Part shown: in pieces, positions 40,819 to 49,484 of the stretch
Numbering within the stretch: the stretch's first letter is position 1
Layout of the letters: each line of letters starts with the position of its first letter
Assembly (NCBI GenBank): GCA_965213625.1
Contig: CBDBZU010000004.1
Location: 2,592,001 to 2,656,000, forward strand
Reading direction: 5' to 3'
Source: a bacterium
Lineage (GTDB): Bacteria; UBA8248
Length of the DNA: 64,000 bases
Program-made: the position numbers and the translations under genes
The notes under the pieces: generated by a model
What the model saw: only the letters and a program-made list of their open reading frames with translations
What the model was told of the DNA's origin: nothing
Databases searched by the model: none

Positions 40819-42540
40819 TTAGCGTAGCGACAAGCCGGTCCGGCGCGGCATTTTGCGAAGTCGCTCGTAGCGCGCCACCCTCGGTTGGTCGAGCAGGGGT
40901 TTGGGTTCGTTCTCGATGCTTTGCTGGTGGACGTCGTCGGCGAAACCTTCCATGCCGACTCTGGGCAGCGCCTTGCCGATGAAGCGTTCGATATTCTTGA
41001 CTGGCGTGATTTCGCCGGGCGACATGAGCGTCATGGCGTAGCCGATGCGGCCGGCGCGGGCCGTTCTGCCGGCGCGGTGGACGTAGTCTTCAGGGTATTC
41101 GGGCACGTCGTAATTGATGACGTGAGAGATGCCCGTCACGTCGATGCCGCGCGAAACGATGTCCGTCGCCACGAGTATGCGGTGCTGACCCTGGCGAAAG
41201 CCCGCCAGCGCGCGCTCCCGTTGGCGTTGGCTTCTGTCGGAATGAATCTTGGCGACGGAAATTTTCTCGTTTTCCAGGAAATTGCAGAGCACATCGGCCC
41301 CGGCTTTGGTTCTCGTGAAGATGAGGACGCTGGTGGGGTTGTATTTGTCGATGATGCCCAGCACGCCGCGCGGCTTGTTCGCCATGCTGATAGGGTAGAC
41401 GCCGTGGTGGATGCCCTCCGCCGGCGTCGAGGGCGGAGAGATGTTGATTTGCACCGGGTCGCTCACCGCGCGATTCGCCAGATCCTGAATTTTTGCGGGC
41501 ATGGTGGCGGAGAAAAGCATGGTCTGCCTCTTTTTGGGCAGGCGTTTGAGGATTTCGGTGATCTCCTCGGCGAAGCCCATGTCCAGCATGCGGTCGGCCT
41601 CGTCGATGATGAGTATTTCCAGTTTCTTGAAATGTACGGATTTTCGTTTCAAATGGTCGAGCAGCCTGCCGGGCGTGGCGACGACGATGTCCACGTTCTC
41701 ATGAAAAGCCTGGAACTGAGGCTCGTAATCCACCCCGCCGTAGATGACCGCGCATGAGGTTTCGACGTGTTTTCCCAGACGGTGGAATTGTTCCGACACC
41801 TGGATTGCCAGTTCCCGCGTGGGCGTCAGCACGAGGCACCTCGTGCCCGAGCCGCCTTGTAGGCGTTCGAGCGTCGGGAGGGCGAAAGAAGCGGTTTTGC
41901 CTGTGCCCGTCTGGGCGCAGCCGATGATGTCCCGGCCCTCACGTGCGACGGGAATCGCATCCCGCTGGATGGGCGTGGGGGCGTCGAACCCGAGGCCGTG
42001 AATCCCGCGGAGCAACTCAGGCCCGAAGCCGAGTTCCCGGAAGCCCTCGGGCGCGTCTGCTACGTCGAAATCGTCCACGCCGAATTCGGCAGGGTCTTTT
42101 TTGTAGGTGATGCCGTTATAAGAGGGATTCGCCGCTTTCTGGGATTTTTGCGGTGCGGCCTGTGCTCCCGCCACCGCGGGTTTCTTCTTGCGGCGCCTTC
42201 TTGTCCTTTTGTTTTTGGATGGTTTGTCGTCGTTTTCCAGATTTTTCGATTCTATGGTTGCTGCGTTTTGCTTATGCAATGTTTCTCCATTATTTTGTTT
42301 TTTCCGGGGGCGACTGCGCCGGCGGCGTTTGTTCCCGGGGTTCGTCCCGTTCGAGTCGGTTTTTCCCTGCGGAGATTCGACATCGGCAGGTTTCGAGGCG
42401 GAAGAGGCTTTGTTCCGTTCGGCATGGTCAGTGGAAGGCGCGGAATTGGATTCCAGGACCTTGGCGGAAGGTAGGCTCTCGGGGGTTTGTTCTTTGCTTT
42501 TGGAGCGAATGATGTTCGCTAAATGTTTGATAATTCTCAC
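40819..42540 (-). CDS. DEAD-box RNA helicase (RhlE-like) with long basic N-terminal extension
   Basis: Q motif PTPIQ, AQTGTGKT, PTRELA, DEAD, SAT, HRAGRTAR. Confidence 0.95.
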   Translation of the reverse strand: MRIIKHLANIIRSKSKEQTPESLPSAKVLESNSAPSTDHAERNKASSASKPADVESPQGKTDSNGTNPGNKRRRRSRPRKKQNNGETLHKQNAATIESKNLENDDKPSKNKRTRRRRKKKPAVAGAQAAPQKSQKAANPSYNGITYKKDPAEFGVDDFDVADAPEGFRELGFGPELLRGIHGLGFDAPTPIQRDAIPVAREGRDIIGCAQTGTGKTASFALPTLERLQGGSGTRCLVLTPTRELAIQVSEQFHRLGKHVETSCAVIYGGVDYEPQFQAFHENVDIVVATPGRLLDHLKRKSVHFKKLEILIIDEADRMLDMGFAEEITEILKRLPKKRQTMLFSATMPAKIQDLANRAVSDPVQINISPPSTPAEGIHHGVYPISMANKPRGVLGIIDKYNPTSVLIFTRTKAGADVLCNFLENEKISVAKIHSDRSQRQRERALAGFRQGQHRILVATDIVSRGIDVTGISHVINYDVPEYPEDYVHRAGRTARAGRIGYAMTLMSPGEITPVKNIERFIGKALPRVGMEGFADDVHQQSIENEPKPLLDQPRVARYERLRKMPRRTGLSLR

Positions 42541-42548
42541 GATGAGTG

Positions 42549-42577
42549 TTTATAGGGAAGATGCTCGCTGCTGTCAA
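42549..42577 (-). promoter_or_regulatory. Putative sigma70 promoter of the DEAD-box helicase
   Basis: TTGACA - 17 nt - TATAAA; IHF-like AATCAAggacTTG at 42585-42597. Confidence 0.6.
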
Positions 42578-42618
42578 GCGCGAAAATCAAGGACTTGCGG
42601 ATTGAAGGGAGTCGGTAG

Positions 42619-43620
42619 ATGACGGAAAAAGGGATAGTTTTGTGGCATCAGGAGACCATCGACGCGCGCGAGGTTCCGCGATTCGCGCGATGGTGCGAGG
42701 ATTCAGGCATCGATTCGCTCTGGTTTCCAGAAACCTGGGTGCGCGACGGTAGCATCCTCATCTCCATGGCGGCGCAGGCGGTGGAGAAGATCAAGCTGGG
42801 AGCCGCGGTGTTCAACGTCTATGGCAGAACGCCCGGCCTCATGGCGCAGACTGCGGCGGAACTCGATGTGTTGAGCGATGGCCGCTTCCATCTCGGGCTC
42901 GGCTCGAGCGGCCGGGCGGTTATCGAGAACTGGCACGGGGTTTCTTTCGGCAGTCCGCTCAAACGCTCCCGGGAGATGGTCGAAGCCCTGCGCCAGGCGT
43001 TTCGCGGCGAGCGCGTGGAATTGGACGGTGAAATCTACCGGATGAGCGGCTTCAAGCTGAGGCGAAAACCGGTGCAGGAGCGCCTGCCTATCTATCTGGG
43101 GTCGAACGGCCCGAATTATACGAGGCTGACCGGGGAGATCGCGGACGGCTGGATTCCTTTCTGCATCCCGTTCTCGAAAACAAAAGACGCGCTCAAATTT
43201 CTGGAGGAGGGCGCTGAAACGGCGGGCAGGGTGGTCTCGGAAATTGATGTGGCCCCGTTCGTCTACACGGCGCCTTTTGACGATCTCGACCGCGCGCGCG
43301 CACTCGTGAAGCCCGAACTCGGCTTTTACATCGGCGCGATGGGCGATTACTACCACGCCCAGCTCACGCGCTGGGGCTACGGGGAAGACGCCGACAACAT
43401 CCGCGCGGCCTGGCGAAAGGGCGGCCGCAGGGCAGTGGGCGATGCACTCTCGGATGAACTGGTAGACGACCTCGCCATCTGCGGGCCCAAGTCCAGATGC
43501 AACGAAATGCTGGCTGCAATCAGAGAGATGGGCGTCACGCAGCCGCTTTTCCGCGTGCCCGACGAAACGCCCGAAGAGGACGTGAAACAAGCGCTAAGGA
43601 CATTGGGAAAACTCGATTGA
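42619..43620 (+). CDS. LLM-class (Mer-like) flavin/F420-dependent oxidoreductase
   Basis: RTPGLMAQTAAELDVLSDGRFHLGLGSSG, GEIADGW. Confidence 0.88.
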   Translation: MTEKGIVLWHQETIDAREVPRFARWCEDSGIDSLWFPETWVRDGSILISMAAQAVEKIKLGAAVFNVYGRTPGLMAQTAAELDVLSDGRFHLGLGSSGRAVIENWHGVSFGSPLKRSREMVEALRQAFRGERVELDGEIYRMSGFKLRRKPVQERLPIYLGSNGPNYTRLTGEIADGWIPFCIPFSKTKDALKFLEEGAETAGRVVSEIDVAPFVYTAPFDDLDRARALVKPELGFYIGAMGDYYHAQLTRWGYGEDADNIRAAWRKGGRRAVGDALSDELVDDLAICGPKSRCNEMLAAIREMGVTQPLFRVPDETPEEDVKQALRTLGKLD

Positions 43621-43623
43621 AAT

Positions 43624-44148
43624 CTAAATGGGGTATCGCCCCCAGCCTGCGATATGGCCCCTGAGGTAGCAGATTTGTCCGATATGGGAGATATGATCGC
43701 CTACATACCTGCCCAGCACCAGGCCGAGCTTCATGGGCTTCTTGCTGGCGAAGTCGACTTCTTCCCGATCCAGATCAGCCGCGCTCAAGCCTGAGAGGCA
43801 GGCGAGTGATTTCTCGCGCACAGCTTCGAAATAACCCATCAGGGTGTCCTTGCTGACTTCAAGCGCCAGTACCTGTTCGAGCGTGAAGCCTACGCCGGTG
43901 CATTCGGGGTCGGGCTCCATGCCGAAGCGCTTGTGCCATTTCCCCTCTATCCAAAGTTCCTGCGTTCCGCCGAGGAACGAAAAAGTCCTGTCCTCAAAGC
44001 GCGTCATGTGCCAGATGATCCAGCCCATGGGGTTGTCGTTCGGGCCGGGTTGAAGGGTCAAGTCCTCATCGGTGACGTCTTCCATAACCTCTCTCAGCCT
44101 CGTCCCGTAGGCTTCGAGGCGCTCTTTGAAGATAGTCGGTGCATCCAT
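43624..44148 (-). CDS. DinB-family protein
   Basis: NPMGWIIWHM and DHISHIGQICYLRG His triad; RBS GGAGG. Confidence 0.85.
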   Translation of the reverse strand: MDAPTIFKERLEAYGTRLREVMEDVTDEDLTLQPGPNDNPMGWIIWHMTRFEDRTFSFLGGTQELWIEGKWHKRFGMEPDPECTGVGFTLEQVLALEVSKDTLMGYFEAVREKSLACLSGLSAADLDREEVDFASKKPMKLGLVLGRYVGDHISHIGQICYLRGHIAGWGRYPI

Positions 44149-44178
44149 GTCCCGATTCCTCCATGGTTCGTGATGCAG

Positions 44179-44206
44179 AAAAAACGCCCCCACTCACGAG
44201 GGGGCG
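44179..44206 (-). terminator. Probable intrinsic terminator after the selenoprotein gene
   Basis: CGCCCCC-TCGTGAGT-GGGGGCG followed by TTTTTT on minus strand. Confidence 0.6.
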
Positions 44207-44226
44207 CTGATGAACGACTTGTCCGG

Positions 44227-44919
44227 CTAGATCGCTGTGCTCGCGCGAGCGGTGAAGATGGTTTGCTCCATTTTTGGCATTCCCTCGAATGCGGGGTCTT
44301 CGTTCACCATCCGGGCCAGATATTCATCCACGTACTCGGCGTTCGACCAGGTGCATTTGTAGGCCACTTTCCCGTCCTTGCCGACGAGCCAGATGGTGTT
44401 CGGCAGGTCTCCGAGCATGGCGTGCACCTTCTGGTCCATCTCGTCGACGAGGATGTTAGTTTCCATTTTTTTGATATCGGCCAGCTCTTGCGCGTAGCTC
44501 CGCTTGTGCTCGTAGGATTCATGGTTTCTGATCTCGGGGAACCCGCGCTCGCCTGCGTGAGGTTCCCTCACATAGAGATTGAAGACGACCACGTCGCGGT
44601 CCGCGTATTTCTCTTGCAACTCTTCATAAAACGGCACCTGCCGCCTGTATGGCGGTCACGTGATGGCGCCTGTGGTCATCACCACGTATTTCTTCCCCAG
44701 ATAATCCGCCATGCGGTGGCTGTTTCCGTGAATGTCCTTGAGTTCGAAATCGGGGAAGGGGCTGCCGGGAGGAAGGACGTTGGGAAATTTCTCATAAAAA
44801 CTCTTGACTCGTTTGCTCGTGACGAGTTTGATGGTCTTCAACAGGTTCAGATACTGCCAGGACCAAAAACCCGCCAGCGGTCCCCAGGGTTTCGGGACGG
44901 AATCGTTAGCCGGTCTCAT
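44227..44919 (-). CDS. Iodothyronine-deiodinase-like thioredoxin-fold selenoprotein (UGA=Sec at 44656-44658), 230 aa
   Basis: RBS GAGGAG + ATG 44919; frame continues through TGA: PDFELKD...VVMTTGAIT-U-PPYRRQ...LYVREPH; SECIS-like hairpin follows. Confidence 0.85.
44626..44650 (-). promoter_or_regulatory. Putative bacterial SECIS element
   Basis: mRNA AUA-CA-GGCGGC-AGGU-GCCGUU-U-UAU; apical AGGU loop begins 17 nt after the UGA. Confidence 0.65.
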
Positions 44920-45116
44920 AGAATGAAACTCCTCTGCGATATACGTTTGTTTGTATGATGGCGTATGCCCAGTCCCTTTGTTTACCCAATCGCAGAGTGA
45001 AACACAACCGCCCGAACGTGGGAGCGAAAGACGGTCCTTGAAAGGCAAATTTTGTGAATTTTTTTCACTTTTTATTTCAAGTTTTAATATTGTTTATCTA
45101 AAGTAGATTGTAGAAA

Positions 45117-45932
45117 TTAAAAATCGAACGACAGCTGCGGCTCTTTCTCTCCCGAAACGACTTTTTGGGGATTTTTCGGAGACGTGCTCACTCCTCCGCG
45201 CGCGCGTGGTGGTTTTTTCCGGGGTTTCGCTGCGCTTGGTTCACCTGGTGGCGCCGGAAAGAGGGGTTGCGTTACATCCTGTGGGGACAACCTGGATTTT
45301 CTCGCTTCGGGCCGAACATCCTCCGGGCTCGCCTCATTTGGCTGTTGCCGATCTTGACTTTTGTTTCTCCCACGGGCGTTTGCGGCCTCCGCCTCGAGAG
45401 CCGCCGTCAGGTCTCTGGGCCGCTCCCAGGGGGCATCTTGCGAGGATGCCCGCTCCCCGCCCTTCATGCGCATGAGCTTGGTTTTGAGGTCCTCGATGCG
45501 CGCGTAAAAGCCGGGGCTGTGGGGTGTGGAGGGAATTCGGAGAAATTTTCTGTCGATGTGGTGCATGAGTTCGTGGATGAGGGTATCCAGAAACGTCTTG
45601 CCAGCGACGACCTGCTTGCGAATGGACGTCAGGTTGGCGATTTCGATCAACGCGCTGTCGCAATGGTAGACGCCGTACAGCTTGTAGGCGAGTTTTCCGC
45701 CATGCAGCTTGTGGGGTTGCCGCTTTTCGAACACGCGCAGGCGCGCACGGGGAATCTTGAGGCTGCGGCAAATGTTGTCGAGAAGCTTCTGGCCCAGCGC
45801 TTCGCGCTCGTCCGCGCTCGTGGAAACGATGAGTTTTCCGGTGAGTTCGCGCTCCTGCGCAGCGGGTCGGTATTCCAGTGCCGGGAGTTTGTTGGAGCGC
45901 ATGAAATCCGGTGTATCGCGGCGCCTGCCCAT
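45117..45932 (-). CDS. HExxH metalloprotease-like (SprT-like) protein with disordered C-terminus
   Basis: TLIHELMHH and downstream HSPGF motif. Confidence 0.7.
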   Translation of the reverse strand: MGRRRDTPDFMRSNKLPALEYRPAAQERELTGKLIVSTSADEREALGQKLLDNICRSLKIPRARLRVFEKRQPHKLHGGKLAYKLYGVYHCDSALIEIANLTSIRKQVVAGKTFLDTLIHELMHHIDRKFLRIPSTPHSPGFYARIEDLKTKLMRMKGGERASSQDAPWERPRDLTAALEAEAANARGRNKSQDRQQPNEASPEDVRPEARKSRLSPQDVTQPLFPAPPGEPSAAKPRKKPPRARGGVSTSPKNPQKVVSGEKEPQLSFDF

Positions 45933-46046
45933 GAGAAAGCCGTTTCCGAAACGAGTCCGGGCGGAACAAGTCGCAGAGATGCGATGGGCTAACGAGTGAG
46001 AATTATACGCGAATCAGACCCATGTTGCGAGAGCCTTGTTTCGGGC

Positions 46047-47084
46047 CTAATCGTTCTCCAGAATCTCCTCGATTGTCACAATCCGTCTTTCTGCGTTGCT
46101 CTTCAGGATCGCCCGCATGATGGCGAGAGCGCGAACGCCGTGGCGACCGGTGACTTCCGGGTCCCTGTCTTCTCGAATCGCGCCGATCAGGTCGTCGAAC
46201 TGCTCGCGGTTCGCGAGGAGCCTTCCCTCCACCAGGTCGTGATCGAGCTCCACTGTCTCTGTTTCCAGGCCGCCCATCAGGTCGATGGGCCGCTTGAGAG
46301 TGGGGTTTTCCGTCGTGGAGAGGCTCAGGTTCGCTTCGGTGCCCTGAACGTCGAAGGCGAAGTGGAATGGGGCCAGATAGCTGCTCGAAATGACGCCCAT
46401 CAGCCCGCTCTTGAAGCGCAATATGGCGGCGGCGGTGTCTTCCTGGGGGTTGGGGCCGCCCACCTTGGCGCAAGCGGCGCTTACCTCGTCCACGTCGCCG
46501 AAGAGATATTCCATAATGTCGCCCAGATGGATGGTGTAGCTGTAGAGCGGCCCTCCGGGGTTTTCCGTGGCGTCCCACCGCATACTCTTGGGGCCGGAGG
46601 TGAAGCCGTGGTTATTGGAAAACGTGGCGACCGTGTAGTTCACGAGACCCAGATTTCCGCTTTCGACGATTTCCTTCGCCTTGCGAAACATCGGCCAGCG
46701 CCTGAAGTTCTGCCCCATGTGGAGTTTCACGCCGTGGTCTTTACACGCCTGCTCCACTTCTTTGGCGTCGGAGACGTTCAGCGCCATCGGTTTTTCCAGG
46801 TGAACGTGCTTGCCCGCGCGGGCGGCGGCGACCGCGATTTCCTTGTGTACGGAGTTCGCCGTGGCGATGACGACAGCTTCTGTCTCGGAGTCGGCCATCA
46901 CCTCATCAATTGAGGCGAAGTTCTGCCCTCCGTATTTCCCGATAAAATCTTCGCGAGAGGAGGGTGTACGGGCGAAGCCGCCGGTCACTTTCACTTTTCC
47001 GGAGGCAAGGGCGGCGTCTGCGAGCACGGCGCCCCACCAGCCGAGTCCGATGAAGGCCATGCCGATTTTAGGTGCATCATTCAT
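46047..47084 (-). CDS. Gfo/Idh/MocA-family oxidoreductase
   Basis: IGLGWWG, GKHVHLEKPMA. Confidence 0.9.
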   Translation of the reverse strand: MNDAPKIGMAFIGLGWWGAVLADAALASGKVKVTGGFARTPSSREDFIGKYGGQNFASIDEVMADSETEAVVIATANSVHKEIAVAAARAGKHVHLEKPMALNVSDAKEVEQACKDHGVKLHMGQNFRRWPMFRKAKEIVESGNLGLVNYTVATFSNNHGFTSGPKSMRWDATENPGGPLYSYTIHLGDIMEYLFGDVDEVSAACAKVGGPNPQEDTAAAILRFKSGLMGVISSSYLAPFHFAFDVQGTEANLSLSTTENPTLKRPIDLMGGLETETVELDHDLVEGRLLANREQFDDLIGAIREDRDPEVTGRHGVRALAIMRAILKSNAERRIVTIEEILEND

Positions 47085-47146
47085 CTATTGACTCCTTGAT
47101 ACGAAATATATGCGCAATTCAAATTGGGGAAGGTGGGCCAAAATCT

Positions 47147-47914
47147 TCAGCGGCCCTGCCATTCGGGTTTTCTCTTCTCCATGAAGGCTGCAAGGCCCTC
47201 TTGTGTGTCATGTGAGGTCTGGAGTCGATAGCTGATGAGTTTCGCCATGGCGATGCCTTCGCGAACATCGGGCGTTCTCAGACCCTTGAGCACTGCCTCT
47301 TTCGTGTGCCGGACGGATAAGGGCGCGTTCTCGTTGATGAGGGCGGCCATGGCGTGCGCCTCGTCCATCAGGGCGTCCTGGGGAACGACCTTGTTCACCA
47401 TGCCCCAGCGCGCCGCTTCATCCGCTGGGATGTGCCGGCCGGTCAGCATGAACTCCATGGCGATGCCGGGCGGGATGGTCTTGGGCATGCGCTGGTGGCC
47501 GCCAAGGCTCATCGCGCCGTATTTGGGTTGGGGATAGCCGAAAACGGCGTTTTCAGATGCGATCCGGATGTCGCAGGAAAGTGCCAGGGAACACCCCCCG
47601 CCGAAGGCGTAGCCGTTCACCGCGGCGATCATGGGTTTGTATATCTCGAATTCTCCGTACCACACCGTGGGCGAGTCGTGATCCTTGTATTGTCCCTCAC
47701 TTTCCACGACCAGGGTGAGGTCGTGTCCTGCGCAGAACGCGCGATCGCCTGCGCCTGTGACGATGGCCGTCCATGCGTCGTCGTCCTTGGCGAATCTCTG
47801 GCAGGCTTCGTACATCTCGTCCACCATCTCCTCGGTGTAGGCATTGAGCTTCTCGGGCCGGTTCAGGGTGATAGTGGCGGTTTTATCCTTCACTTCGTAA
47901 TTGACCAGGCTCAT
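47147..47914 (-). CDS. Enoyl-CoA hydratase/crotonase-superfamily protein
   Basis: ITLNRPEKLNA, FCAGHDL, KPMIAAVNGYAFGGG, AFMEKRKPEW. Confidence 0.9.
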   Translation of the reverse strand: MSLVNYEVKDKTATITLNRPEKLNAYTEEMVDEMYEACQRFAKDDDAWTAIVTGAGDRAFCAGHDLTLVVESEGQYKDHDSPTVWYGEFEIYKPMIAAVNGYAFGGGCSLALSCDIRIASENAVFGYPQPKYGAMSLGGHQRMPKTIPPGIAMEFMLTGRHIPADEAARWGMVNKVVPQDALMDEAHAMAALINENAPLSVRHTKEAVLKGLRTPDVREGIAMAKLISYRLQTSHDTQEGLAAFMEKRKPEWQGR

Positions 47915-48171
47915 GGGACTTCTCCGTGTTGATTTGGTGAATGCGCTCGTTGCGTGTCCTTTGCGCCGAAAGTAGCGAGGCCGGGCCTTCAAGTCAACGA
48001 TGCGGAGGCATCCATCTCTTTTGCACGCATTCGACAAGCCGCCCCGCCCGTGTTTTCTTGACAGGTCAATGCGCGGGTGCTAGCGTCGCCGCGAATTTCA
48101 TATTCAGAACAATCGTTTGCAGACTCGATATTTTCAGACCGAAATCTTTGTTTTGCGAGGAGGAAGATGCA

Positions 48172-49410
48172 ATGACGGACTACCCCACGTGGGCGCGCGG
48201 CTCGATGATGGTCGACTGGGAGCACCGCATCGATATGGACCGCATGCGCAGAGAGCGCGTCGAGAAAACCCAGGCGGCGATGAAGGAACAGGGCATCGAC
48301 GCCCTCATCCTCTGGAAGGACGAGAACGTGCGCTACCTGACCAGCGCGCGCGTCATCATGATTCAGTACCGCTCCTCCACCACCTACGGCGTTCTGCTCA
48401 GGCAGGAGGGCAATCCGACGCTACTGGCCTCAAGCGGCGAGGCGCACCGCATCGAGGAGTGCATGCCCTGGATAGACGATTACGTGCCCATCGGCATCCT
48501 GGAGGAGCCGGGTCTCGTGGAGCACACGGTGGGCACCGACATCAAGACGCGATTCGATGACTGGGGGGTTTCGAACGGAACCATCGGGCTGGATGGGCAC
48601 ACCTTCACCCAGCGGGCGATGATCGATAAATATTTCCCCGAAGCCACTTTCGTGGACGGCGAGCAGTTCATGTACATGAGCCGGGTACAGAAGACGACGG
48701 ATGAGATCGCATGCCTCCATCAGGCGTGCGCCATCGCCGACGCCGTGACCATCACGGCGCTCAACCACGCCGAGCCCGGCGTTCGCGAGTTCGACGTGGC
48801 GGCCGAGGCCATGAAGACGCTTTTCACCCACGGCGGGGAATTCGGGCATCTGGCATCTCCATTTGTCGCCTCGGGCGAGCACATGGCGCCGCCGACGCGT
48901 TTTCCTACCGATAAAATCATCAGGAACGCCGACATCGTCTTCATCGACATCGGCGCCTGCTGGAACGGCTATTTCGGGGACTGCGGGCGCGCGAAGGTGG
49001 CCGGCGGCCCGCCCCATCCAATGCAGCAAAAGGTGTATACGACCGTCTACAAGGCGCTCAAGGCGGGAATCGCCAAGATGCGTCCCGGCTACACGAACGA
49101 CGATTCGGCGGCGGAGTTCCTGGAAGTGGCGCGCTCCGCGGGTCTCGAGGAAAACTTCATCAAGCTATTCATCGGGCACGGCTGCGGCATATCGCCCAAC
49201 GAGCCGCCCTACGTGGGCGAGGTGATGCCCGGGGCCGAGAGCGTGGATTTCGTGCCGGGGATGACGTTCGCCATCGAGCCGCTCATCTTCGTGCCGGGAA
49301 TTCCGGGCGGGGCCGGCGTGCGCATCGAGGACCATATTCTCATCACCGAGGACGAACCCGTCTACATGACGCGCGCTCCATATTGTGAGGAGTTGATCAT
49401 TCAGGATTAA
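48172..49410 (+). CDS. M24 (Xaa-Pro peptidase/creatinase-like) family protein
   Basis: Metal ligands in IDIG...GDCGR, GHGCG, IEP, RIED; RBS GAGGAGG; TTGACA-17-TAGCGT upstream. Confidence 0.88.
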   Translation: MTDYPTWARGSMMVDWEHRIDMDRMRRERVEKTQAAMKEQGIDALILWKDENVRYLTSARVIMIQYRSSTTYGVLLRQEGNPTLLASSGEAHRIEECMPWIDDYVPIGILEEPGLVEHTVGTDIKTRFDDWGVSNGTIGLDGHTFTQRAMIDKYFPEATFVDGEQFMYMSRVQKTTDEIACLHQACAIADAVTITALNHAEPGVREFDVAAEAMKTLFTHGGEFGHLASPFVASGEHMAPPTRFPTDKIIRNADIVFIDIGACWNGYFGDCGRAKVAGGPPHPMQQKVYTTVYKALKAGIAKMRPGYTNDDSAAEFLEVARSAGLEENFIKLFIGHGCGISPNEPPYVGEVMPGAESVDFVPGMTFAIEPLIFVPGIPGGAGVRIEDHILITEDEPVYMTRAPYCEELIIQD

Positions 49411-49430
49411 GCAGGCGTTGACCTGAATCG

Positions 49431-49463
49431 GCGCCCCTGGCGTGTGGTCCGGGGGCGCTTTTT
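49431..49463 (+). terminator. Intrinsic terminator
   Basis: GCGCCCCTGG...CCGGGGGCGC followed by TTTTT. Confidence 0.65.
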
Positions 49464-49484
49464 CATTCTGAGACGAGGCATGCG

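Noticed and set aside
43933-44958. 341-aa plus-strand ORF over the selenoprotein/DinB region
   Set aside because: No recognisable motifs; the minus-strand frame has an RBS, fold motifs and a SECIS-like element
45052-45070. TTGTGAA-TTTTT-TTCACTT as a Rex or CRP/FNR box upstream of the selenoprotein gene
   Set aside because: Spacer is one base longer than the consensus and the right half-site is degenerate; lies in a T-run
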